In this document: positions 10,997 through 20,893 of the stretch, in pieces
Layout of the letters: each line of letters opens with the position of its first letter
Numbering within the stretch: position 1 is the first letter of the stretch
Assembly: GCA_964291215.2 (NCBI GenBank)
Contig: OZ219791.1
Coordinates: 2,368,001-2,432,000 of the forward strand
Length of the DNA stretch: 64,000 nt
Origin: Alphaproteobacteria bacterium
Lineage (GTDB): Bacteria; Pseudomonadota; Alphaproteobacteria; MPNO01; UBA830
Reading direction: 5' to 3'
Notes under the pieces: generated by a model
Seen by the model: the letters and a program-made list of their open reading frames with translations, nothing else
The model's database searches: none
Told to the model about the DNA's origin: nothing
Translations under genes and position numbers: made by a program

Positions 10997-13522
10997 CTAC
11001 GTGGGCAGGTACTGCTTCTTGAGATACTTCAAGTCGCCGAGGGCGACCTTGATGGTGCCCCGGTCCGGCGTGTCATCGTCGTGCTTGGCGGGGTTGAGCT
11101 GGCTCCCGACCGAGCGAAGCTTTCCGGGATGCGACGGGTCGGCCGTGAGCAGCGGCTCCACCTTGGGTTCGAGTTGCCCGAGATTCTTGCCATCATGGTC
11201 GCTAAGCGCGGCGGCGCTGTCGCCCTTGGCCCACCGGTCCCTGACCAGCATTTCCTTGCAGAAACGCTCGGCGGCATTGCGCAGCCATTCACCCGCCTGC
11301 TTGCGAAGCTCGATGTGATCGCCCCGTGCTAGCACGTCGGCACGGGCAAGCATCGCCATGAGGTCATCGCCTGTATTGGTGACCGCTGTGCCGTCGGCCC
11401 GGTCGGTAAGGGCCAACTGGAACATGTCGATGTTCTTGTGCAGATATCGATGCTCCAGGTCCTTCCATGTCTTCTGGTCCTGGGTGAGGACGATTGTCTG
11501 GATTCCGGCGCCGGTCAGTTCCTCCAAGACGTCAGTTTTGAAATAGGCCCGGTAATCTTCATCGCTCGCCAAGATCGGGTCGTCCAGCACCATGAAGCCG
11601 GCACCCTCGTGCAGTGCGCGGGCGATGAACAGCGCGAGGCCCAGGCAGTGAAGCTGCGACTGGCTGAATACGGCGATGACGTCGCGCAACTTCGGAGCAG
11701 TTCGGTCGGTGTCAAGGGACAGGCCGGCCTTGAAGTCGACGGTGCGCCGTGCGCCTTTGCGGGGTCTGACAGCGGAGAAGAATGTTGGTTCGTCGGGGCG
11801 GAGCAGGTCCCACCAGTGTTGGATGCTGCCGCTCAGATTCGCAAATTTGTCCTCCAGAACCTTCTCGTTGCCTTTGTCGATCTGGTGCAGCGCCGAATTC
11901 AGCTCCCCATGCATGTCAGCCCGGGCCTGGCGCTCGATCAGGCTCGCGCGAAGCGCGCCCTGATCGCCGGCGAGATCGATGAGCTCCTGCCAGCCGCTGG
12001 TGTCGCTGGCGGCGTCGATGACGACCGTAAGCCTTTCCAGGAGGGCTGTTTCCGCATCGGCGTAGAGCTCCAGCTGGATCGCGAAATTGGAGTAAGCAGT
12101 TGCGGCGTTCCCAAAGCCAGTCCTCAAGGGTTGCGGATCGCGCAGAGTGTCCGGTTTCTCCGCGTAGCCCTCGACTTCCGCCGCGAGAGCGCTGGTGGTG
12201 GCGTCAATGGTCGCCCGCGCGCGGGCGAGGTTGCGTAGCGCCTTCAGCCAAGCATCGATGACGGCAGAGGCATCCGGTTCCAGCAACGTTCGGATGCGCT
12301 CCACGCGGAAACCTTCCTGCCGGCGCTCGCTTGAGTTGATGGTGAGGAAGCGGGGGCAGGCGGAAGCGGCCGCCCGATCGAACCCACGGGCGGATACGGC
12401 CAGGGCGCGCAAGGTGTCAATCGCTGCCGCCTGAGCGGTCTGGAAGTCGTCGGTCTCTTGCGCCCGGGTGCGGATAAAGGCGATGCGCTCCGGCGTCAGG
12501 CTGCCTTCCGTACCACACAGTGGGCAGTCGATGGGCTGCGTCGCGGCATTGACGGCGGGGATGGCCAAGGCCTCCCTGAACAGCGCGATCAGACGGCGCG
12601 TCTCCTCCTCCACCGTTTCGCGCTCGGCTAGGTAGACATCGAGCGTGTCCCATTCTCCTTGGGCAGGTTCGGTCCAGTTGACGAGCGCTCTCCTGGCGAA
12701 CCCGTCAACCGGGAATGTCTTGGCCCGTCGCTCCAGCAACAAGCCTTCGAGCGCAACCAGACGCCCGGCGGGCACTGTCGGCAATGGGTGCTCGGCCGCG
12801 GTCAGGACGGCTGTGATCGCCCCATCGACCGCGGCGGCGAGAACGGCAGGCGCCGGCACAGCCGAACCGAGGGGTGCTAGAAGTGGCTCCGCGTTCTCGA
12901 TGGCTGCGGCAGCAGCAAGCCGGCTTAAGTGGCGGTCGCCGTCATCGGGCTTGAACCCGGCGTCGAGCCCCGCCACCGCGCCTCGCAGTTCTTCCAGATC
13001 CGTGACTTCAAGGATCCTCTTGAAATACGTGGCGCGGTCCTGCGGCCGGGCGGAAAAGAGATAACCGAGCGTGTGCTGAGCGAGGACCGGCGCCGCGAGG
13101 GGCGGTTGCGAGAGCACGATGCCGAGGGTGGCGAGATCGCTTTCATTAGCCTCGACGCCGTCGATCTGCAGGGCTGACTGGCAGTCTTTCCGCTTGGCGT
13201 AGTCCGAGATCAGTGTCCGCCTGACGTTGTGCGTCCGGCCGTCAATGCCGGTGATCTCCGCCTCGACGTATGTGGGTATGGCGGCTGGCATATGGGCGTT
13301 GCGCAGGGCGTCAGCGAATTCGTCCTGGGTGCTGGCCAAGAGCTGGCGACGGACGATCTGTCCGGTCAGCAGGAACTCGAACGCCTCGGCAAGGCTGGTC
13401 TTGCCCTGGCTGTTCGGTGCCCAGATGGCGGCCAGTGACGAGCCGAAGGACAGCGTCTGTGCCTTCCGGCCGAAAGCCCGGAAGCCCTGCATCTCAATCT
13501 TGTTGATCTTCAGTGTTGTCAT
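10997..13522 (-). CDS. Rad50/SbcC/RloC-like ABC ATPase with zinc hook and possible C-terminal HEPN-like domain
   Basis: 'GFRAF', Walker A 'APNSQGKTS', central coiled coil with 'CPLCG', signature 'FSQSQ', Walker B 'FMVLDDP', H-loop variant 'VLTQ', C-terminal 'RNAAERFCKE...LNPAKH'. Confidence 0.8.
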   Translation of the reverse strand: MTTLKINKIEMQGFRAFGRKAQTLSFGSSLAAIWAPNSQGKTSLAEAFEFLLTGQIVRRQLLASTQDEFADALRNAHMPAAIPTYVEAEITGIDGRTHNVRRTLISDYAKRKDCQSALQIDGVEANESDLATLGIVLSQPPLAAPVLAQHTLGYLFSARPQDRATYFKRILEVTDLEELRGAVAGLDAGFKPDDGDRHLSRLAAAAAIENAEPLLAPLGSAVPAPAVLAAAVDGAITAVLTAAEHPLPTVPAGRLVALEGLLLERRAKTFPVDGFARRALVNWTEPAQGEWDTLDVYLAERETVEEETRRLIALFREALAIPAVNAATQPIDCPLCGTEGSLTPERIAFIRTRAQETDDFQTAQAAAIDTLRALAVSARGFDRAAASACPRFLTINSSERRQEGFRVERIRTLLEPDASAVIDAWLKALRNLARARATIDATTSALAAEVEGYAEKPDTLRDPQPLRTGFGNAATAYSNFAIQLELYADAETALLERLTVVIDAASDTSGWQELIDLAGDQGALRASLIERQARADMHGELNSALHQIDKGNEKVLEDKFANLSGSIQHWWDLLRPDEPTFFSAVRPRKGARRTVDFKAGLSLDTDRTAPKLRDVIAVFSQSQLHCLGLALFIARALHEGAGFMVLDDPILASDEDYRAYFKTDVLEELTGAGIQTIVLTQDQKTWKDLEHRYLHKNIDMFQLALTDRADGTAVTNTGDDLMAMLARADVLARGDHIELRKQAGEWLRNAAERFCKEMLVRDRWAKGDSAAALSDHDGKNLGQLEPKVEPLLTADPSHPGKLRSVGSQLNPAKHDDDTPDRGTIKVALGDLKYLKKQYLPT

Positions 13523-13760
13523 GGCTCTGCTTCAGTTCATCGAGACGGTTTGCGGCGACCTCTGCGATGGCATCGGCGGGTGCTGCCTCGCCTGACGCCG
13601 CGTAGGCGGTCACGAGTTTCGCGGCGAGGCTGTCCTCGGGCAGATGCGCGATCAGCCGGTCAAAGTTGGTCTGCGGCGTGGCAGGTTCTCCACCATTGGT
13701 CGCGTCGGCCGGATTGTCGTCATCCGTTTCGGCGCTCGATTCCTTGTTTTCTGTGCTCAT
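13494..13760 (-). CDS. Small acidic hypothetical protein
   Basis: 88-aa ORF overlapping both neighbours (ATGA coupling at 13757-13760). Confidence 0.65.
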   Translation of the reverse strand: MSTENKESSAETDDDNPADATNGGEPATPQTNFDRLIAHLPEDSLAAKLVTAYAASGEAAPADAIAEVAANRLDELKQSHDNTEDQQD

Positions 13761-14338
13761 GCTGTTGCCTTTCCGGCGCGGCGACGGCGTCGGACGGATG
13801 GGGGTTTCGCCTCTTCCTCGTCAGGCGGGTCGCTGAGGTCGTGAGCGCCGATCTCGATCATCCGCTGGGCGAGGGAGTTGAAGAAGGTTTCGTTGATTTG
13901 GCCGGCTTCATAGAGTTGGCGCACGACGAGGTAGGGGTTGAAAATCAGGACGTAGCTGATCGGCCCGTTCGGTCCGCTCTTGATATCGATAAAGCCGAGG
14001 TCATTGAGGGTTCGCATGCGCATTGTCCAAGTGCGTACGGCCCGCTCGCCGCTGAACCCTGAGAAGTACGCCATCTCGCGGTCCTTGTTGGCGATAACGA
14101 AGGAGTCGTCGTAAGTCCGGCACCAGAGGTCGAGATAGGTCGAGGAAACCGGCTTACCCTTGGACAGGCTGTCCATGACCTTCATGAGCAGCGGCATCGG
14201 CCGTGGCATGCTGAGCCAGCCGTCCGACCGCTCGCGCGACCACAATCGCGCCTCGTCAAGTTCGGGCCACAGCGTATCGCGCATGCGCAGCTTCTGGCGG
14301 GCGATCTTGCTGAGGCGTTTCTTGCTTTCCGTCGCCAT
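13757..14338 (-). CDS. Hypothetical winged-helix-like protein
   Basis: RBS (GAGGAG) then ATG at 14338; 'TYLDLWCRTYD...REMAYFSGFSGERAVRTWTMRMRTLNDLGFI' has a wHTH-like pattern. Confidence 0.7.
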   Translation of the reverse strand: MATESKKRLSKIARQKLRMRDTLWPELDEARLWSRERSDGWLSMPRPMPLLMKVMDSLSKGKPVSSTYLDLWCRTYDDSFVIANKDREMAYFSGFSGERAVRTWTMRMRTLNDLGFIDIKSGPNGPISYVLIFNPYLVVRQLYEAGQINETFFNSLAQRMIEIGAHDLSDPPDEEEAKPPSVRRRRRAGKATA

Positions 14339-15029
14339 GTCTTGCTCCTCTTGGCGTTTGGCCGAAAGATCGGGCCGGGGTGTGGACGCCCGGCCCTGCG
14401 GAACAATCTTGCCCGCACGTGCTTCGCTCCGTGCCGCGCACCGGAATAGGCCGTTTGGAATCGACACATCCGCTGCAAATGTCCGTTGCTGGAAAACATA
14501 ATAGAAAAATACAGTAAATCAAGGGATTAATACTAAATAGGTTTTCCGGCCGGAGGTTTTATTAGATCGATTTGATATATCGATCAGAAAAATATAGTGT
14601 CAATCCAAGATATGAATTGGAATGCGTAGTCGGAAATAATGGCCGGAGATCAAGGGATTGCCACGGGATCGTAGTGTTCCCGGTGCTCCTATGGTCCTGT
14701 GCTCGACGGTGATCCCGGTGCTCCTGGGGTCGCGGGGGAGAAGACCCCTCCGCTTGAGCGTGGATTCGTCCGTCAGGGTGTCCAGGTGCATCGCATCTGT
14801 CGCGGCGGGATCAGGCGATTCCCACGACTGGGCCGTAAGAGGGAATCTTCCTTCGGACGTTGGCTGTGTCTTGCCCGCCGCATTGTCTCGTGACCTGAGC
14901 AAGGGGGTAATACCAACGGTCGTTGATTGGAACCTATAGCAGAGCCGCCCTCCGCAGCTCGCCTCCTGAGCCGAGGCCTCCTACTGCAAGAGGTAATCTC
15001 CGCCGAGAGAGGCTAATCGGTTCTTATCT

Positions 15030-15470
15030 GTGGCCGGTGGTATAAGCGCTTCGGGTGTGCTTGCCCGGGCGGCGGCGGCGGGGCTTTCCTGGCCGCTGCC
15101 GTCCGGGCTCGACGATGAGGCGCTTCGGGCGCGGCTCTACCCGGCGCCGGAGCAGGACAGCGACCGGACGCAGCCCGACTGGGAAGCAATCGTCGAGGCG
15201 CTCGCCGCGCCCCGCAAGCGCCGCCGCGCCCGGCTGACGCGGCGCCAGCTCTGGGTCGAATACCGGGACGAGGCTCTGGCGCAGGGGGGCAAGGCCTATA
15301 CCTACAGTCACTTCTGCGGCCTGCTGAAGGAGCGTCTGCACAACCGGATCGGGCCGGCGCAGATGCGCTTCCACTACGAGCCGGGGCTGTGGGACCTGTC
15401 GGACTTCTCGGGCAAGACGCTGGCGCTGCGCACCGGCCGCGGCGAGAAGGACGTGGAGATCCTCCTGGAG
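15030..15470 (+). pseudogene. IS21-family IstA N-terminal fragment
   Basis: 'AAGLSWPLPSGLDDEALRARLY..PDW..LTRRQLWVEY..YTYSHFC..MRFHYEPG..DFSGK'. Confidence 0.8.
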
Positions 15471-15574
15471 CCCGAGGAACAGCGCGAAGGAAAAGACAGG
15501 CCAGAGCGCGACGATCACCGCGATATAGGCGAGGATCCTGAGCATCCGACCAGTGGACAGCCACACGTGTGAGC

Positions 15575-16170
15575 ACCGACCGGCCGGTTCCTCCGGCGCC
15601 TGGACCGGGGAGACCGGGACGAGCGTCACTTCGACGATTGCCGGTCTGGCGACGACGGCGACGGCGTTTGGAGTGTATGGCGTGAATTCGGCGGGTGACG
15701 GCACACCGTCCGCCGCCGTGGTGCTGGCAGCGCCGCCGGGGACGGTACAGAACCCAGACGCTGAAGGCTATGAGGTGGCCAGCCTGCTGGGCGGCACCAT
15801 CCGGCTCACCTAGGACGCGGTGACCGGCGCGGCGACCGGCGGCAAGGACATCACCGGCTACGACTACGAGCGGACGCTGGCTGGCAGCAACAGCTTCGGC
15901 AACGCCGGGACCGCGACTGGGACGCAGGTGGACATAGTCAGCCTCGGGAACAACATCGCCTTCGATTTCCGGGTGCGGGCTCGCAACGCGGACCGCGAGG
16001 GCGAGTGGCGGGTGCTCACCGTCTCCGGCCGGCCCCAGGCGCCGGGAAACGACAGGGCGACGGCTTCGACGACCTCGACTGACGTGACGGTGACTTGGGA
16101 CACGGTGACGGCGGGCACGCCGATCGTCTCCTACCGGGTGAAGCACTTCGGTCGAGCCGCGACGCTCTAC
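15575..16170 (+). pseudogene. Fibronectin type III repeat protein fragment
   Basis: 'IAGL..FGVYGVNSAGDG', 'IRLT*DAV..ITGYDY', 'FDFRVRARNADREGEW', 'VTVTWD..PIVSYRV'; internal TAG, truncated at both ends. Confidence 0.7.
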
Positions 16171-17299
16171 AATATCATCAGCGCGCCGATGGCTTTCCCG
16201 ACCCGTTCCGCGGCGGCTTCGATATCGCGGTCTCCGAGATGGGCATAGCGCAGGGTCATTCGTGTATTGCTGTGACCCAGCATCCGGGAGACGACAGGCA
16301 CCGGCACGCCGTTCATGACGGCATGACTGGCATGCGTATGGCGCAGGTCGTGGAGGCGGACATCCTCGATGCCCGCCTCGCGCCTGATGCGGTACCAGGA
16401 CCGGAGGTCGGGGCCGCGCGGGCGGGCCGGATCGCGCGGCGAGGAAAACACGAACGGGCTGGCGCCTTGCGGCTGCCGGTCGAGAATGGCGCGTGCCTGT
16501 GTGTTGAGCGGCACCGTCCTCGGCCCGGTCTTGCTGTCGCGCAGGAACAGATGGCCTTCCCGGTAGTCGCGCCATTGCAGGGTGAGGAGTTCGCCCTTGC
16601 GGCAGCCGGTCAGCAGCAGAAGCCGGATGATGGCGACCTGGCGGGGGCATCGGGCCTCATGCGCCCTGAGCCTCGCGGACAGGCGGCGGATTCCTCGTCG
16701 GAGACGAACCGTTCACGGCCCTTGCGGCGGTAGCGCCGGATGCCCCGGCATGGGTTGGAGCCCTCCGGCCGCAGGCCCATGGTCTCCGCTTCCCTCATGA
16801 TGACGGACAGCACGGGCACGGACCGGTCCACCGCCGCCGGCGTCGCGCGAAGCGAGGCGAACCAGTTCCTCACCTGCTGCCGGTCGATGTCCGCGATCTG
16901 ACGCCCGGCGAAATGCGGCAGGAGCTGGTTGCGGAGATAGCCCCGGTTCACATGGAGCGTTCCTGCCTTCCAGAGCCGCGCATGGCGCTCGAACACGATC
17001 CCGGCGACGGCCTCGAAAAGCGTCTCGTCGGGACGGTGCAGAACGTCCCCGCCCCGGCGGATGGCGGCAAGCATCCCGGCAGCCAAAGCCCGGGCCTCGT
17101 CGATGCTCATGGTTCCGGCATCGCCCACGATCTTCCAGACGCGCGCGCCGCGATGCTGGCACTGGATGAAGAACCGCTTCCTGCCGCCGGGCGTCACCCG
17201 GACGCCAAACCCCCTGAGTCTGGCGTCGCGGATGTCGAAGGATGTCTTGCGGGGCGTGAGCGCCTCGATGCGGGCCGCGGTAAGGGTAACCCTGGGCAT
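16167..17299 (-). pseudogene. Tyrosine integrase with arm-binding domain, frameshifted near 16690
   Basis: N-terminal 'DARLRGFGVRVTPGGRKRF'; 'LLTGCRKGE'; 'VRLHDLRHTHAS...LGHSNTRMTLRYAH'. Confidence 0.88.
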
Positions 17300-17404
17300 G
17301 TCGTTCTCCCGGTTCCGGTTGCAGCCGGGGAGCCGGAAGGACGAACCGCCGCCCCATCTGCAACTGATTTTCGAGAGAAAAACGACGCTATGTCAGATAA
17401 TTAG

Positions 17405-17618
17405 CACCCACTGGTGCGATGCCGGTGTCGGCACCGTCGAAACCATGCCGCGAGGCGGCCCAGTCGGACCACAGCCGCACCTGCGCGAACCGGTCCCGGT
17501 AGAGCGGATCCTGCGCGAAATACGCCCTCATCAGCCGCTCGAACAGGCGGCCCTTTTCTGCCTCCGTTCCCGCAACCGACCGGATGTGGTCAAGCACGCT
17601 CTGGAAGTCATTGCTCAC
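17405..17618 (-). pseudogene. N-terminal (Mrr-like) fragment of a type ISP restriction-modification enzyme
   Basis: 'EAEKGRLFERLMRAYFAQDPLY..FAQVRLWSDW..DTGI', then abruptly truncated. Confidence 0.7.
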
Positions 17619-17701
17619 TCAAGGTCTCCGTCCGCAGGAGAGCCGCAGGGAAGGCCGACGCAAACATCGGCGAGCAAGGGCGTCCTCCGGTATAATCGGC
17701 T

Positions 17702-18112
17702 TTAGCTATCCCGGGCCCGCCAACTGGCCTCATCCGCCAACTCCTGCGCATGGCGCTTCTGTTCGTCGCGATCCTCGACGGCAGTGTCGGGTAGAATAAT
17801 ATCCGCATGGTAGGGATTGTCTGTTTGCGGCGACGCAGTCACTTGCCGGCCATTCGAGGCGGCCGCATCTGCCTTGACCACGGCCCAACCGAAGAATGGT
17901 TTGCTTCGACCGATTGCCACCCTGTCCGCGATTTCGGTGGCTTCTCCCGGCGAAGCGAAGTCGAGGCGATCGACCGAAAGCCTGGGATCGCCCTCTCTCC
18001 CCAGAAAGACGTTGGGCAGAATCCTGCCGCGATCGGCTCGCCGGGCTTGGCTGCTGGAAAATACATCCCTGCCGAGACTTTCACCCGGTCCGATATCGTC
18101 CTTGACCGTCAC
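17702..18112 (-). CDS. Hypothetical protein (candidate toxin/effector, ART-like motif spacing)
   Basis: GTG start overlapping the upstream stop (GTGA); 'LGR..', 'RLSVDRL', 'NPYHADI'. Confidence 0.6.
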   Translation of the reverse strand: MTVKDDIGPGESLGRDVFSSSQARRADRGRILPNVFLGREGDPRLSVDRLDFASPGEATEIADRVAIGRSKPFFGWAVVKADAAASNGRQVTASPQTDNPYHADIILPDTAVEDRDEQKRHAQELADEASWRARDS

Positions 18113-18777
18113 GCAGCCAGTTCGTCCCGCCGTGCCAGCCCCTCCAGTGCCTCTCGGACGAAGCCGTCGGGCAGCAACTCCATATCCGAATAGCGCGCGC
18201 GCCTGTGCCTGCCGTCCATATTGACCAGGCACAGGGCACCGCCATCGGAGTCGCAAAGCAGCAAGACCGAGCGTCCATAGCCGCCTGGAGCGTCGATAGC
18301 GACCTCACCGTCCGGCGTCGGGTAAACCTCGAAACGCCGGGGCGAAAGCTTGTACACGGCCAGCAACAGCCGCCTGGCGTTTTCCAGCGCGAGTGTCGAA
18401 GGGACCGGGAACTCCTCGTTCTGCGCCTCGGCCGGGGCCTCCGCGAGGTCCTCCATCGCGCTGTTCAGCCACCCGTTTTCCTCTGCCTCTCCAGTGACCG
18501 ATGTATTTTGCCGGCGTACCGGGTTCGCCGTGCCGACGTTCACCGGTCCCTGCGGCTGCCTGTCTTCGAAATCGACCTGCCCGGGAAGTGGACGTGGAGG
18601 CCAGCCGATCTGTTGAAATTGCGTTTGCGCTTGCAAGTTTGTGCCGCGGTGCCTGCTGTGCCAATTATCGTCCAATATGTCCGACCGCCTGATCAAACGC
18701 ATGTGCCCGCCAGGGTGACCTATGGACCGAAGTGTTTTTAGTGGAGCCCATGTAGAAAACAGCGCTTCCTGAAGCAT
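18109..18777 (-). CDS. Hypothetical protein (low-complexity N-terminus, conserved-looking C-terminal domain)
   Basis: 'FPVPSTLALENARRLL..FEVYPTPDGEVAID'; coupled to both neighbours. Confidence 0.65.
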   Translation of the reverse strand: MLQEALFSTWAPLKTLRSIGHPGGHMRLIRRSDILDDNWHSRHRGTNLQAQTQFQQIGWPPRPLPGQVDFEDRQPQGPVNVGTANPVRRQNTSVTGEAEENGWLNSAMEDLAEAPAEAQNEEFPVPSTLALENARRLLLAVYKLSPRRFEVYPTPDGEVAIDAPGGYGRSVLLLCDSDGGALCLVNMDGRHRRARYSDMELLPDGFVREALEGLARRDELAA

Positions 18778-18780
18778 CGA

Positions 18781-19488
18781 TCAACTCCACTCCAGAGTTA
18801 GACCTAATTTCCCACAAATTGCCTTCACAAGTCTGAGCAAATGCTCCGTCCTATCGTCAAAAGAAACATGGTTTGACCCAAGACCATATTCAGAAGAAAC
18901 ATCAAGGAACAAATCGGCTTCAGGAAGAGCTGATTTATCGAGATAAATACCGGCTGACCAAACTTCTTCTTTGTTCGAAGAGTCGAACTTGGTCACGGAA
19001 TGGGTTGCCGTCGCGCCAATTTCAAATGGATCTCGTTCATTCGGGCACCAGGTTAGCTGGCGAATCATATATTCTGTGGCATCGGCTCCACCTTCAATGA
19101 CCAACCAGAGTGGAGTTCTTAATTTCCATATTGCCGGCTTACCATCTTGCAGAAATCCGCTTGCGGCAGATTCAAAATGTCTTATACACCTTTTCGCATG
19201 CTTTACATTGTCAAGGTTCCTGAGCTCGAAAAAGTGCGCGCGGTACCCGTTCAATCTCGCTTCCATGACACAGTTGGGTGACGCCAAATTCAAAGAAACG
19301 AAAGCACTGTCTATGGTATTACCGTTCTCGACCCTGATCGCCTCGGGAGGAATAATCAATTCTTGGCTCAACGCATCGTGTATCGGTTCGATAATCTGCA
19401 CGAACGAACTGATGCGGCTGAACGCCGGGCGCGAAAATACCACCTCGTAAAACGCGTCGAGTCTCGCAATGCGCGCTTTCATCTTCAC
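18781..19488 (-). CDS. Hypothetical protein, possibly TIGR04255-like
   Basis: 235-aa ORF, visibly lower GC than its flanks; first gene of a tight three-gene unit. The family call is weak. Confidence 0.6.
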   Translation of the reverse strand: MKMKARIARLDAFYEVVFSRPAFSRISSFVQIIEPIHDALSQELIIPPEAIRVENGNTIDSAFVSLNLASPNCVMEARLNGYRAHFFELRNLDNVKHAKRCIRHFESAASGFLQDGKPAIWKLRTPLWLVIEGGADATEYMIRQLTWCPNERDPFEIGATATHSVTKFDSSNKEEVWSAGIYLDKSALPEADLFLDVSSEYGLGSNHVSFDDRTEHLLRLVKAICGKLGLTLEWS

Positions 19489-20113
19489 AAGCTCAACCCA
19501 ACCGGAACTTTGTCACAACCGCTTGTCGGCGGCAATGCCGTAGCCATGGTTCAGAAGCCGCAATTCGGGCACCGCGGGATCGGCCTGTTTCGCAACGCTT
19601 CCGGCGGCTTGCGGTTCGTTTGCCGTTCTTTGCGTACTGCCTGGCGGCCTCCGCCATGGTGTGCTCCTACTGTTCAGGAAATATGGAGAAGCCGAGCCCA
19701 TGTGTAAAGGCTTGGCAGTCGTGCCATTCCGGCCGGTAGCGAAAGGTAGGCGAGAACGGATGGGCCATGGGGGCCGATTGCGGTGGCCGGGGTCAATCGG
19801 AGCATTGGCGCAGGCATTGCGTCGACGCCGGGCTTCGCTGTGGCCTGCCGGACGTGGCCCGGAGTGGCTCGACCTGTCGGCCTGACTCGGGGACGTGACC
19901 GATGCGGCCAGCCCCGTCCGCGCGTGCCGGCCTCATTTGAAGCCTCCGCCCTCTCCCTTCCTCCCGACACCGGACTGTTCGGGGTACCGGACAGGTTTTT
20001 TTCACCGCCCTGATGCGGCATGCGGCGCCTGGCGGCGCCAGGGGTATGAAACGCAGGAATTGCCATACCGAAAGCGGTTTGCGTGCCCCTCCGCTGCCAC
20101 TATCTGTCTCCGC

Positions 20114-20869
20114 ATGAAGGGATCGGAGACAGGATCGGCCGGTGGCTTGGCGGCCCGGTTTTTGCGGGCGATAGAGGTCTGGTGCGCCGGGAACGGAACA
20201 AGCGCGGGGACGTTCGGCGCCGCCGTGTACCGCGACCGCGGCTTTGTCGCCTCGCTGCGTGGCGGCCGCAGTCCGCGTCTCGGGACGGTGGACAGGGCGC
20301 TCGCCGTGATGGGCGAGCCGCCGGCCGGCCCCGCCCTCCTGAGAGAGGTGGAGGCGTTTCTCGCGGTGACGGGGGTCAAGCGCTCGCTGCTCGGACGGGA
20401 AGCGACGGGCAACCCTACCTTCGTGGCGCAGCTGCTCGGGGGCGTGTCGCCGAAGCTGGCAACGGTCGAAGCGGTGCGCGCGGCGATGAAGTCGCACGCC
20501 AGCCCTGCCGAGTGGCGCGAGATACGTGCCCGCGCCGGCGCGATGCCGGCGATCCTGACCGGCGCCCCGCTACGGTCTCCGGAGCCGCCCGCCCGGCGCG
20601 AAGACCGTGACCCTGAACCGGAGCCATTGGCCCGGCGCCGCGAGGACCGGGGCTATGTGGACACCCGCGAGGCGGCGGCGCGGCTGGGGCTGTCCCCGGG
20701 CACGCTGGCCCGGTACCGGATCACCGGGACGGGTCCCTGGTATTACCGTTTCGGGGGCTGCGTGCGCTACACGGAGACCGACCTGGAGGCATGGGATGCC
20801 GGCCGCAGGGGACGCCGGAACGGAGGCGTCGGCGCCGGGGGCGGGGCCGCGCGGCGGACATCGCCGTGA
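20114..20869 (+). CDS. DNA-binding protein: two tandem Cro-like repeats plus a C-terminal AlpA/HTH_17 (excisionase-like) domain
   Basis: Repeated 'FLRAIEVW..FG..FVASLRGGRSPRLGTV' / 'LLREVEAF..LG..FVAQLLGGVSPKLATV'; 'YVDTREAAARLGLSPGTLARYRITGTGP..VRY'. Confidence 0.75.
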   Translation: MKGSETGSAGGLAARFLRAIEVWCAGNGTSAGTFGAAVYRDRGFVASLRGGRSPRLGTVDRALAVMGEPPAGPALLREVEAFLAVTGVKRSLLGREATGNPTFVAQLLGGVSPKLATVEAVRAAMKSHASPAEWREIRARAGAMPAILTGAPLRSPEPPARREDRDPEPEPLARRREDRGYVDTREAAARLGLSPGTLARYRITGTGPWYYRFGGCVRYTETDLEAWDAGRRGRRNGGVGAGGGAARRTSP

Positions 20870-20893
20870 ACCCGGGCGTCCCCGGACGCGGGG

